A DNA stretch of 63,290 nucleotides, the filler included, from Ministeria vibrans ATCC 50519 (taxonomy: Eukaryota > Protista > Filasterea), in NCBI GenBank assembly GCA_943704425.1. It is 5 parts of 5 records of this genome, joined end to end, with 100 filler letters (N's around TTAATTAATTAA, not from the genome) between each part and the next. Parts side by side here need not be neighbours in the genome. Positions count along the whole stretch, not along the records: positions 1 to 24,119 come from CALSCP010000220.1; positions 24,220 to 27,379 come from CALSCP010000071.1; 3 more parts are not named here. One strand, written 5' to 3'. The notes under the pieces are model-generated. The model ran no database searches. It was not told the DNA's origin and saw nothing but the letters and a program-made list of their open reading frames with translations. This document shows, in pieces, positions 12,354-24,375 of this stretch. Made by a program: the position numbers and the translations under genes. The number at the start of each line of letters is the position of its first letter. Position 1 is the stretch's first letter.

Positions 12354-15300
12354 ATGGAAGCTCAGACGACTGCCGAGGATACGTGGGCTCTGATCGAAAG
12401 CGGCATTGGGGAGGTACGCACTAAACCCATTTGACGGTCGAACTATCGCTTTCCATCGGGTGTCTCACGCCACGCCCTGCTCCCTCCGCGTAGGTGTTTG
12501 GCTTTGACGACACCCGCTCCTCCGAGGTGCTCTCCACTGAGAAGTACATGGAGTACTATACGTAAGACGAGGAAAAAAAAAACGGGACGAAACATCAAAA
12601 AAAAGGAGACAGAGAAAGACGCTTCGCACGCCTGTACCGCGGTTGCCACGCCCCCGCCGTCAGCGCAAGGCGCAACCCAAGTGCTGCACCTTGCTGTGTT
12701 TCACGCGCAGACGGCCGTGGACCGATGTCTTGCGCTGTCTTGGCAAAGCGACACGGCACTCTGGTCGACACACCATCCTTCTCCCTTTCCTCTCATGCGC
12801 TCCTCGTCCTTCCCCCCGCCTCCCCCCCGCCTCACCATCTCCTCTTCCCCCTTCTTTTTTGCTTTTCTCATTGTTTGCTGCTCAACCCGGTCGCGCTTGT
12901 GGAGCGCGTCAAAAACGCAGAAATGTGTCTTCTTCTTCTCCTTTTCTCCTCCCCTGCACCTCTTCGGACCTCCCATTGCCGTATCCTCCCACCTGATGTC
13001 CCCCCAGCCTTTGTCCCGTGTGTTTGTGTGTGTCGTGCACCGTCGCATTCCGACGTGTCCGCCATACCTCGTAAAAACACTTCCTTCTGACAACTCGCCT
13101 CTTTCGATCCTTTTCAATCTTTTTTCGCTGCTCCCTTTTGCGTGACCCCCGACCATGTCACCATCCTTCCACGCCATATATCCTCTCAGGCATCGATGTT
13201 TTGACGGCACAATTTACCCTGTCACAAATGTGCTTTTGCTCTAAACCTGCAAACCCTGTAGCGCTGTCCACAATTACTGTATGGGTTCGAACACGAACCA
13301 AACCCAGGTGGTAGTTGGGCCTCGAGCTCACACGTCGGGTGCCAAATACATTGGTCGTGATGTGTACGAGCGCCTTTCGCGCTTCATCGAGACCTACCTC
13401 ACCGACATCTCTCAGGCAAGTTTCTCCCACAACTGCAACTGCGTCGAAGCAAACACTAATAAATTTATTGTTTTGTTTTCATTCCTTCTCCCTCCCCTCT
13501 CTCTATTTCTCTTTACAGAGTGAACTGACCGGTCACACGGGCCTGGCCTTACTCGAACGCGTCAAATACCAATGGAGTCGATTTACATTTTCAGGACGTG
13601 TTGTTAACAATATATGTGGCTACCTCAACCGTCACTGGATCAGTCGCGAGCTTCAGGAGGGTCACGATAACGTCCACAAGATTTACGCGGTATTACATTA
13701 AACCGTTCCGTGCGGGGGGGGGTTTTTTTTTTGTTTTTGTACATCCCGGCTCACATTTTATTACCCTATCCACACTCCCTCTTCCTCTGTGTAGATGGAG
13801 CTGATCAAGTGGAAAGAGATTGTTTTTGTGGACCTGAGCATGCAGTGTGCATCGGCGTTGCTTGAAGAAATAGAGAAGGACCGCAACGGAGAGAGTACGA
13901 CATTGTTACTCTTTCGTGCGTCAGTCATATTAATAACATGCTCTCCTGATTCTGCACAGGTACTGATAGCAACCTACTTCGGTTGGTTATTGAGACATTC
14001 CTTGCATTGGGTTCGCCCGATTCGGCTTTGAACGACCCCGCGCATGTTGGTGACGAAGACGAGATGAACGCCTACTACCGCGTAAACCAGACACACGCTA
14101 ATCATTGTGTTTCTCACGATTCACACTTCCTTTGTCGATAGGAACACTTTGAGGGCCGTTTCATTGACATGACGCGCAGCTACTATTATCGAGAGAGTGA
14201 ACAGTTTCTTGAAGAGAACCCTGTCACAGAGTATGTGAAAAAGGTACCATTTTTGTTTTTGTTTTTTTTTTTTTTTTTTTTTTTTTTGGGGGGGGTGTTC
14301 TGTATGTTCTGTATGGTCGTCTTTCTTCTATGATGCTTTTTTTCAACCCCGCATGTTAGGTCAACCAGCGAATTGAGGAGGAGGAGAAGCGCTTGCAACT
14401 GTACATTCCCAAGACCACAAGTGTGAAGCTGATGTCGACGCTGGACGACGTCCTAATCACAGCGCACCTGCACCGCTTTCAAGGCGAGCTCAAAAAGCTG
14501 CTCGACCACGACCGCACCGACGATCTCCGTTTTTTGTACAATCTGCTAGTGCGTCTGCCCAACGGTGTTGATGCACTCCGTGATGCCTTTGAAGAGCACG
14601 TCAAGGCGTGCGGTCTGCGCGACATTGCCGAAGTGGCCAACACGGCGTTCACCGACCCGAAATTGTACGTCGAAAAGATCCTGCACGTCTACAATAAGTA
14701 CGACGACTTTGTGAGCAACGCCTTCCGCAACTCGCACCTGTTCAAGCAGGCCCTTGACAAGGCCTGCCGTGCCTTTATCAACGCCAACGCTGTCACTGAG
14801 AAGGCAGGCTCGAGCAGCAACAAGGGCCCCGAACTCATCGCTCGCTATTGCGATCAGCTTCTCAAAAAGACTGCGCGCGCCGTCGAAACTGAGCTTGAAA
14901 CGGTTCTCTTCCAAATCATGATTGTCTTCAACTACATCGATGACAAGGATGTCTTCCAAAAATTCTACTCTAAACTCCTCTCAAAGCGGTAAAATTCGAA
15001 CGAAAAGAAAAGAAAAAAATTATGAAGTGTATTCATTCCCAACGTTGCATTTTTAGTCTGATTGCTGGTGTGTCTGCGTCCGAAGATGCCGAAGAGTTAA
15101 TGATTAGCAAACTCAAACAGGTATCACCCCACCAAAAAAATTATCATTTTTATCTTTCTTATTATTATTTTCTTAGGCGTGTGGTATTGACTATACAGCA
15201 AAGCTGCACCGCATGTTCAACGACATGGGACTGTCGCGTGACATCAACAGCGAATTTCACTCCAAGATGGACGGTCGCATCAACATCGACTTTAGCATTC

Positions 15301-15789
15301 TCGTCCTTACCACGAGCGCCTGGCCACCCACCAAGGCCCAGTTTAAGTCGTACCTCGTGCCCGAGGAGCTCTCCTTTGCTATTGCCAAGGTAGTCTTTGT
15401 GTATGCCCTTGTGTATTCTCAACAACTTCACGTGTGTAGTTTACCGAGTACTACCAAGTCAAGTTCAACGGTCGTGTTCTCTCCTGGGTGTACCACATGT
15501 CCAAAGGCGAGCTCAAGACGGGCTTTACCAAGCCGCAGACGTACACTCTCCAGGTGTCCACCTACCAGATTGCCATTCTCCTTCTCTTCAACCGCCAGGA
15601 TACCATACACTCCAAGGAAATCTCCCAGGATACCGGCATTCCCGAGCCGCATCTCAAGGTTCACTTGTTCATTTTATTTGCGCGTCTGTCTCATCGTCCC
15701 CTGTAGAACATCATGGAAATCCTCGTCAAGTCGTCTCTCCTCAAGGACGCCGGTGACGGCAACTACTCAATCAACCGTTCCTACAAGAG
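12354..15789 (+). CDS. CUL1: Cullin-1; 3' end lost in gap
   Basis: YMEYYTAVHNYC, YLNRHWI, KGPELIARYCDQLLKK, FNYIDDKDVFQKFYSKLLSKRL, MISKLKQACG, GRVLSWVYHMSKGEL. One GC-AG intron at ~13416. Confidence 0.95.
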
Positions 15790-16000
15790 GTTTGTCATAC
15801 TACCAGCTACAATCAGGAGTAAACTGTTCGATTTGTATACTCTAACATTGTCGTTTTTGTTTTTTTTTTTTNNNNNNNNNNNNNNNNNNNNNNNNNNNNN
15901 NNNNNNNNNNNNNNNNNNNNNNNNNNNNNNNNNNNNNNNNNNNNNNNNNNNNNNNNNNNNNNNNNNNNNNNNNNNNNNNNNNNNNNNNNNNNNNNNNNNN

Positions 16001-16107
<107 letters not shown>

Positions 16108-16226
16108 TAACAAAAATGGGTTGTATTCTTCTTCTTCTAATAATAATAGTGAGAATAATAATATGTAAGAAAATACACAAAATTCAATGACAAGTTCAAA
16201 ACTTTACTGCGTCTCTTTGCACGTAC

Positions 16227-16670
16227 CTTTCCTACATACTCGATTGGAACCCACACTTCGTACGAACCGCACGGATGAGGGCCGGTCGGCACATGGTTGA
16301 TTGGCGGGATGCTGCTGGTGTTGAGGCCGGGCAGCATGTCGTCGCTGACGCCGTCGAGGACCGCCACAAGCTCATGGCGGCGCACCATGTCCAGCAGCTC
16401 GTCGCGGATGCGCATTGCCGCCACATACGAATCGTTTTCGTCGGGGATTTCCAGCCCTGGAAGATGCCAGTACACATGGAAGTGCCACTCCTTGATGGCG
16501 GGGTCGGGCCAGGCCACGTCGGCCGCAAAGTCGATGGGGTTCACTTGCGCGTGTGTCGTCACGAAGCGCGAACCCCCATGGATCGGATCCATCTGTGAAG
16601 GGGGCGGTAGAACTTCTTGTCCAAAGCCAAGCGCACAGTGGGTAGCTATAACGAGTACCAAAGGGAGCAT
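16227..16670 (-). CDS. Secreted DOPA 4,5-dioxygenase-family protein; first exon, remainder in gap
   Basis: Signal peptide MLPLVLVIATHCALG; IKEWHFHVYW and INHVPTGPHPCGSYEVWVP motifs typical of the DOPA_dioxygen family; exon ends VGK|gtacgt. Confidence 0.8.
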
Positions 16671-16752
16671 GAAAAAAATAGGAGAAGTGAGCCAAGATCA
16701 CAATTCACAAGATGGGAGTGAACTTAAACACTTTCACTTTCACTTTCTTGCG

Positions 16753-19142
16753 ATGCGCATCTTCGTCTTTGCCGCCGTGCTCGTCGGGTGTGTGTCGCTG
16801 GGGTCGGCTGGCGACTGTGGCCTGTTTGGGCAGGCGTGCTGCAACAATGGAAAGGCGCTCGTGTGCAGCAAGCACCAAGGCGCCTGTCTTGTCTTCGACG
16901 GCAACATTGACGGCGTCTGCTCCGCCTTTGGCGGCGTCTTTGTCAAGAACTCCACTGCATGTGTGCAGCCAAATTACTTTGCTGACCCTCAGGTGAGACG
17001 GCTCCTCTGCCACGCAGCCAGACAATACCCCAACATCAATACTAAAAAACGAACGGGTTTTGCTTGGAGGTCCGCACTCACCTCACCTGCGACTGTGCAC
17101 CCGGGTTCGCCACTGTGTGTGCTCCTACTGACGATGGGCTGTCGCTGTGCACGTGCACCTCGACCAACCTCGTCTCAGACTCGCTCTACGGCGGCATGTA
17201 CGCCCTCGACGCCCTCACGCACCAGTGCGCCACCGTCAACCCGATTACCCTCCAGTGCGCCTGTCCGTCGTGGACCACCCCTGCCAAGCCCATTCCAACG
17301 CAACATTCAACTATTGTCATCTGCTCCGCCGATAAATTCGCCATGCCCGCTCCCTCTTACGGCGGTAGGGTGTGCATGCAGCAACCCCAAAGACACCCCC
17401 TTAACGTTCTGCTTTCTTTTTTATATATACTTCTTAGGATTTTGGACATCATCAAACACATCGGCCTGTCTCTCGCCCAACCCACTGACAGGCACGTGTG
17501 GCTGTCCGGCAGATCCGACAGACTCAGGCTTGACCTTCTGTCCCTTTTCGTACCCGTTGGCTCATTCGTCGGCGAGCGACACACTGACTGTGTGCCACAC
17601 ACGACAGGCGTACGGTGGTCTGGAAGTGCTGATGAGCGCACCAGGCGTTGAAAGCATTGTTGTGGGGGAGGTGCGTGCGGTGGTGGGTGTGCCTGCCGTG
17701 CAGCACTTTGACCTGGGCGGTTTCCACGGTGTCTACGACCACATTCACTTTGACGTGGATGACGTGCACCTTGCGTCACTCTCCCTTGGCGACGACGTCT
17801 CCTTCACCTTTGCCGACGACGAGTTTACCTTTGAGATTGACGGCGGATCCACTCTGGTCAAGGCGGACCATGTCGAGGGCTCCTTCATCGGTCTTAAGGC
17901 ATACTGTGACGCGGACATCACTGTCACAAAGGTACAGTGCGATACTCTCGTGATACGACACTCTCTCTTGCTTACTTCCTTATTTACCCATTCGCCCATC
18001 TACCCGATTAGGTGAAGGTTGTGCTTGCGGTGAACGCGTCGCTGCTGACGCCCGGGGGTCGTCTGTATCCTGTTGTGTCGTTGCGTCAGTTGGTCTTTGA
18101 ATTGGGGCACATCAAAGTGCGCATTTCGGGAGGGAATCTGCCCGACGACAAGATTGACATTGTGATTGCATTTCTTGAGTGGCTGCTGCCCAATCTGTTT
18201 CGCGCCAACCTCGCGCCTGTCCTTGCGCCCATCATCCAGCAGCAGCTACAGAAGCTGACAGGACTGGCGGCACTTCAGCTGTCGCCTTTCTTCAACTTCA
18301 CGCTGGGCCCGTACGCCTTTGCCTTTGACGCCTCCCTTGTTGGCTGCGAGATTGCCATTGCCAGTGCAGGTCTAGCCGCGCGTGTCCAGGGCGTACCGTA
18401 TCTGCTGGCTCCGCCTGCCCCCGCCTACGAGTACCGCCCGGCCCCGGCTTCGCGCGTGCCCCTGCCCCACCGCATCCCCGGCATGGCGGGTGCCGTCCTC
18501 TCCCCGGCCCTCCTCGAGGCCCTTGCACTCACCCTCTTTCAAGTGGGCGCCGGCAATTTCAACATCAGCCAGTACACCACAAAGGATAACCGCACCGTTG
18601 GTCTCATGGTCCGCGATCTTGCCCTCTTCATCCCCGAGGCCGCGCGCATGTATCCCGCCGCCCCCATGTTGCTCGCCATCCAGACGAGCCCTTCCGCTCC
18701 GTACGCCATTGCCCCTGTGTTTGACATTGACGCCACTGGTACGCTCTAATCTCTTGCAATTATATGGACTAACTCACAGAATGGCGCAGGCATCAACCTC
18801 AACATGACCATTGGGCTGTCTCTGTACGCACTGACCAACGACACGTCGCACGGCAACGCCAGTCAGTGCGTCTCGTCCACTCCCGCTCCCAATCAGCCCC
18901 TGTCCAAGTTTACTTGCAACATGCTCCTCTTCTCTCTTGCCGTCTACACTACCATTGAGCCTGTCTTTGCCAACGACACTACATCGTAACAAATCACGAA
19001 ATCACGACGACTTCTTTCTATTTGCTTATGTGACTGATACACCTATCTCTCTCTCTATCACTTTGTCTCTCTCTTTCACTTTGTTTCTTTTTCGCTTTAT
19101 TTGTTCTTTTTCCCTCTCTCTCTTCTCTCTCTCTCTATCACT

Positions 19143-19182
<40 letters not shown>

Positions 19183-19599
19183 CTCTTTGTTCTCCTTCCT
19201 TTTTGTCTCTCTCTCTTTCTGTCTCTCTCTCTCTTTCTGTCTCTCTCTCAGATGGACTGCGACCATCCATTTTGACCTGGCTGAGTTGGAATTGGCCCTC
19301 GAGCAGTCCCTTGTGGGTCCTGTCGACGAGCGCATTGTCGCAGGGCTCAACATGCTCATCAATGGATTTCTTGAGATCATTTCGGCCAATCTCAATCGTG
19401 CACTCGATCGCATTGCCCTCCACATTCCAAAAGACACCACATGTAACGTCCCTTTTCACACTCACTGACTTGCGCCCCTATCTACACACTAACTTTTCGA
19501 TCCTTTTTTGTAGTCCTCACGATTACCAATATGCAGTCTGAGACAGGCAATGAGTATGTGTCCGTCGCGCTGGACTACATCTTCCACCCGCAGTTGTAG
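16753..19599 (+). CDS. Secreted Cys-rich (FGG..NP.TG.C.CP repeats) + BPI/LBP-like lipid-binding protein, paralogue A
   Basis: Signal peptide MRIFVFAAVLVGCVSLGSA; repeats FGGVF..PNYF, YGGMY..VNPITLQCACP, YGGFW..PNPLTGTCGCP; then GLEVLMSAPGVESI, FIPEAARMYP, SLVGPV as in BPI/LBP/CETP; about 7 exons ending IFHPQL*. Confidence 0.75.
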
Positions 19600-19631
19600 C
19601 TTCTTTCTTTCCATCACTTTGTTTCCCTTTC

Positions 19632-19683
<52 letters not shown>

Positions 19684-19778
19684 CTCTTTGTTCTCCTTCC
19701 TTTTTGTCTCTCTCTCTTTCTGTCTCTCTCTCTCTTTCTGTCTCTCTCTCAGATGGACTGCGACCATCCATTTTGACC
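19149..19778 (+). repeat. ~130-bp direct duplication (19149-19276 and ~19640-19778) of a CT-rich intron end plus exon start
   Basis: ctacctctttgttctccttcctttttgtctc...ctctcagatggactgcgaccatccattttgacc occurs twice. Confidence 0.9.
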
Positions 19779-19798
19779 AATATTAAAGAAAATAACTA

Positions 19799-22191
19799 TT
19801 AAACTACTACATCGAGATTGAGGAGAATGGTAAAGAAGTGTTGGGCAGGCACAAATGGCACTGGCGGAAGGGAAAAGCTCAGATGGAAAGCAGTGGGCTG
19901 GGCAATTTGCAAAGGATGCGCCGCAGAAAGCGTGTTGATGGCAGGCGCAAAAAGAAGCAGAATGCCATCAAAGAACCGGTCAAATCCAGCGAGAGGGCCC
20001 ACATTCGTACTCTGTTGTGCGTGTGTGGGTGAGACAAACTCTCTTTCTATCTCTCTCTACTCTTTCTACTGTCTTATCTTACGATAGTCTTGCCAGTCAC
20101 ATCGGCAAACAGAAGGTTGATGGAGAAGCTCACGTGCTTGTCATCAGCCGAGACAATCGGGAAGACGTCAGCATGGAAGACGAGGGTGCTGGTAAAAAGG
20201 GTGCACGAGCAACGTTGAGCAGTCGCGTCGTACACGCATGTGGGGTCGGTGCGGCACGACGGCGCGTGTGTGAGCGCAACCATGGTGACCACAAAAGCAA
20301 AAGAGACGGTCACGCCAACCGGGCTGGTTGTAAATTCGGGCGCGTGTGTCATGGTGAGCTCAGGCGTGCACTGGAAGAGTACATCGACGGTCGCATTGGG
20401 AAACTTTTGAGGAATCTCATTACTGATGCCGGCCACAAGCAGACTGTGCGTTGAGAGGGAACAGTTGACGCCAAGCAGATGGCACAGTGTCGTGAGGTGT
20501 CCGTTGATATGGTCGTCGGCGTAGAGCACGTCGAAGAGTGAGTTGATCATGCTATCACTGATGGTCACGCCAAAGTCCTCAATGGCGGGCTCACGCGGAA
20601 GCGGCGCATACGGATAGATGGGCTCACGCAGACCTCCACCCGTCGCAGAGTGGTTGGCAAAGAAGAGTGCTCGCAAGGGCAGAATCACGCCGGAGTGTTC
20701 AAGCGGAATCTGTTCGCCGGCCGCAGAAAGATCCAACTCTAAGTCGCCCACAAGTGCAAGGTGCATCGGAGGTGCATCAAGCACACCTGACGCACCAATG
20801 GCCGCCACTGCATCTACAAGCACGTCCGAAAGCAGAGTCGACAGCACCTTGCCATTGCACAGATCTTCCAAGGCCTTCGAGACGGCCTCCTCGACGGCGA
20901 CCGTCAGCACCGGCTTGTCCCACAGCGACGCGTTAAAGTGCGTCTTGACATGCCCCACTTGCACCACAATGCCCCCCACGTCGCCGGTCCCAATCTGTAG
21001 ATCCACCCGCCCACCTACCACAGGCGCATCCAGCGTCACCCGCGCCGCCAGCGAGAAGTCGCTCAGCGTAATGGTGACCGTACGGCTCACATCGCCCAGA
21101 ATAGACTTAACAGACACAGCTGCACTCGCACTAAGAGAAGCACCACGCATCCCGACCGTCCATACGTTTCCCTCTGAAACAACCTCAATCTTGCCGGCCT
21201 GCGCAATGGCCGGTCGCAGCTCTGACAGCGAAAACGTGACCTGGAAGAAACAGAACAGAAAAAATAAAATGGTATATACGAGGGTGGATGGGTTAGAGTA
21301 TAGCGTCCTGTTGTTATTGTCCTCTCGCTTTGAGTTTATCGGTACTTTGAACCCAAAGACGTCGACGGTGTCGCTGATGGTGGGGAAAGTGGTGTTTTGC
21401 AGGAGAACGCCGAGCACGCTGAAGAGCCCCTGACCAATGGCCTCCATGCCGTTCTGGTTGATGGACACGCCGAGGTAGGCGGCTTCAGGCGACACCAGAC
21501 AGAGAGTGACGTCGCGGTTGCCGGTGCGAAACGAACGGCGCGAAACTTTCATGTCGGTTGCAGTGAGGTTGAGCGAGGGACAGTCGCATGTGCTGTTGGC
21601 CACGAGCGGGTTCCCGCTTGAGCATGACGACACTCCCGGGTTGCGGCTGAACCCGCCGGCGTACACGGCAAGCGCGTCGGTTGGGAAGTGTGCGCCGACG
21701 GGCAGGAGAGGGACGCAAAAGACGACAAAGGTCGCGTTGCCGTGGCTGTCGAGCAGGCCCGGCAGGTAGGTCGACGGGCCGTAGCCCTCGGGGCAGCTGC
21801 AGCCGCCAGTGTAGTCATTGGGCGAGCATGCCTCGCCGGCAGCCGTGCTTTGGTACACTCCGCCAAAGGCAGCGCCGGCGGCAAAGTGAGCGGCGGCGCA
21901 CACGCAGAAGCGCTGCTTGTCGACGAGCGAGAAGCAGCGCTCCTGGTAGCCCCGCGTGCACTCGCAGCGCGGATGCTTCCACGTGGGGCTGGAGTAGTAG
22001 TTGGGCAGGGAGCAGGCGCCGGCGCCGTCAAAGATGTAGAAGCCGCCAAAGGACGAACAGACGCCGTTGACGTTGCTGTCGAACACCAGACAGGTGGGAC
22101 ACGCCGCATCGCATTCCTGTCGTCCAGGTCCTCCGGAGCGCGCCAGGGCGGGGTACGCCAGCACGACGAGCGTCAACAGGATGAGTTGCAT
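19799..22191 (-). CDS. Secreted Cys-rich + BPI/LBP-like lipid-binding protein, paralogue B
   Basis: Signal peptide; CLVFDSNVNGVCSSFGGFY (paralogue A: CLVFDGNIDGVCSAFGGVF); FGGVYQ..NDYTGGCSCPEGY; LGVSINQNGMEAI, ISDSMINSLF, IPQKFPN, STNVG (BPI-like). Last exon 20011-19799. Confidence 0.8.
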
Positions 22192-22322
22192 CGAAGACGA
22201 GAAAATAAATACTACACTTGAATTAAAAACATTGTCTTGTGACCTTATCTATTGATATTTGATTCTGCTCCAAAAGAAAAACTTATTTCGCACCCTGACT
22301 CCTGGGTTGCCCACCTGCTGCA

Positions 22323-23500
22323 ATGAAGCTACAGCTGTTGATTGCGTTTGTTGCGGCGGCGGCGGCGGCGGCAGTGGCGGCAATGACGGCGCCACTGGTG
22401 GTCAGCATTGATGTTGACCAGGAGACGGTCAGCTTTGTCCACAACGACCAACTGATCGAGCTGCTGGCGTCGGAGCGGCTCAGCGTCCTTGCCCATGTCT
22501 TTGGAGAGCGCTTTTCTCTCATTGACCCGCGAGGGATGTCGCATATTAGCGTCAACTCGACGCTGGCAGCCGCATTGCGGACGGGACGCATTCTCGCTGT
22601 GGGTGGCGCCCAACTGGAGCTTGTGATCAAGAACCCCGCCGTCACAAGCCGTCCTGTGGTAGCTCCGGCCGATGCATGCTCTTGCGCCACCGGTCGTGCC
22701 ACTATCTCGTCGACGGCAAGCGTAGTCTCGGCGACTCTCGCCCTGCAGGACATTTCGGGCGAGACATGGAGCATTGTTGCGTCAAACGGCACGATGAACA
22801 CCGCACGGGTTGGCACGGGTGTGCGCAGCTCACTTGGTGCGGATGGTACACTCTGGGTGAATGGCAGCGTTGTTTCGACAGAATCAGTGACGGGCGCACA
22901 ACTCAATGTTGCCGGTGACGGCACCGTCCAAGGAAAACTGACCATTGGTGGAGGTCTGACGACCACGGGCGATGTGTCGCTGACTGGTGGCAATCTCAAT
23001 GCGCAGACCGTGTCGGTGGGCGACGCAACAGTGTCACACGACCTCATTGTGACGGGCAAGACGACAGTGGGTGCCGTAGACATCCAGTCAGGCAGTGCAA
23101 CGACACTCACCGCACACACACTCGCAGCAACCACCGCAACGACCGACACACTCGCAGCAACCACCTCAGTCACAGCGCCCTCGGTCTGTGCCGGTACTCG
23201 CTGCCTCGACACACTCTCCTTTGCATCATCGACCTACCAAGTGGATGGTGGCACTGCCAAAGTGCACAATCTGGGTCCTCATCTCTTCTGCGCTCTCTCG
23301 GCCGTCCACCCACACGGCTGGACGAGCTTTGACATTGTACACAAAGATAGAAGGAGGGAGGGTGGGCGATGGAGAGAAGACTCACGCTCGAATTTTTGAA
23401 TTGTCTCTTGTAGGAACTGACCATTGTCAATGGCAATTGGACTGTCACCACCTCTGCTCCTCAGAGTGACTCGGCAATTATGTGTTTTGACTTCAAATAG
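22323..23500 (+). CDS. Secreted fibre/adhesin-like protein with beta-repeat stalk and Cys-containing tip domain
   Basis: Signal peptide; V/T/G-rich short repeats (LNVAGDGTVQGKLTIGGGLTTTGDVSL); VCAGTRCLD; HNLGPHLFCALSAV; intron 23337-23413 gives ELTIVNGNWTV..AIMCFDFK*. Confidence 0.75.
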
Positions 23501-23604
23501 AGAGGGAGAGAGAACGAACGAAGAACGCAAACACTATTGGTACAGGGACCTTTATACATTGCACAGTTGTTGGTCAGTTGTTGGTGGGTTTCTCCTTGGC
23601 GAGT

Positions 23605-24013
23605 CTATGGGGACACAATGAGCCAATAGACCATCGCAATGACAAGCGCCATCAGCGCAACAACGCTCGAGAAGAGAGTAAGGTCGGATGCGCTGCCCAT
23701 GGGTGCACCGTAGGGACCACTAGCAATAGGCTCAGGCGCACTCTGGTCCTGCATGAGTTCAAGCTGAAACATGGGGAGATGAGAGAAGAAAGAGAGGGAT
23801 GGTAAACTTACGCGTTCGGTGACAAAGGGGAAGAGATCGCGAAAAAGAGAGGAGCGTAGGTTGAAGGAGATGGACTCGCGAGCAAAGCGACGTTTGGTTG
23901 CGTCGGACGAGCGGATGCTGCCAGCGGTGTCTGTGTCCTCGGACATGAACGACAATAGCCCTGTCAGGATAGTCTCGACTGACCATGATGGGTTCCACGT
24001 ATCGGGGTGGAAA
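23605..24013 (-). CDS. UBE2J2: Tail-anchored ER E2 enzyme Ubc6/UBE2J2, 3' part
   Basis: FHPDTWNPSWSVETILTGLLSFMSE..GSI..S..FNL..LFRDLFP, then C-terminal transmembrane segment; 5' exons beyond scaffold end. Confidence 0.9.
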
Positions 24014-24014
24014 C

Positions 24015-24119
<105 letters not shown>

Positions 24120-24219
24120 NNNNNNNNNNNNNNNNNNNNNNNNNNNNNNNNNNNNNNNNNNNNTTAATTAATTAANNNNNNNNNNNNNNNNNNNNNNNNN
24201 NNNNNNNNNNNNNNNNNNN
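24120..24219. other. Scaffold-join spacer (N-padded TTAATTAATTAA); also at 27424, 30126, 48488
   Basis: Identical six-frame-stop linker embedded in 100-nt N blocks at four positions. Confidence 0.95.
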
Positions 24220-24375
24220 CCCTCAATGACCCCGAAGGCTGTATCTCCTGCTCTGGATAATTATAACTGTCAAAACATATCAATATTCATCAAACCGACT
24301 AAAATAATAGTAATAATAAAATAATTTGTTACTATTATTATTGATTAAAAGAAGACTTTTTTCAATTTTCGCGTG

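Noticed and set aside
16297-18015. 572-aa ORF as a single protein
   Set aside because: Antisense of the dioxygenase plus read-through of BPI-A introns; the true start is 16753.
24164-24175. TTAATTAATTAA palindromic motif recurring four times
   Set aside because: Artificial scaffold linker within N padding, not biological.
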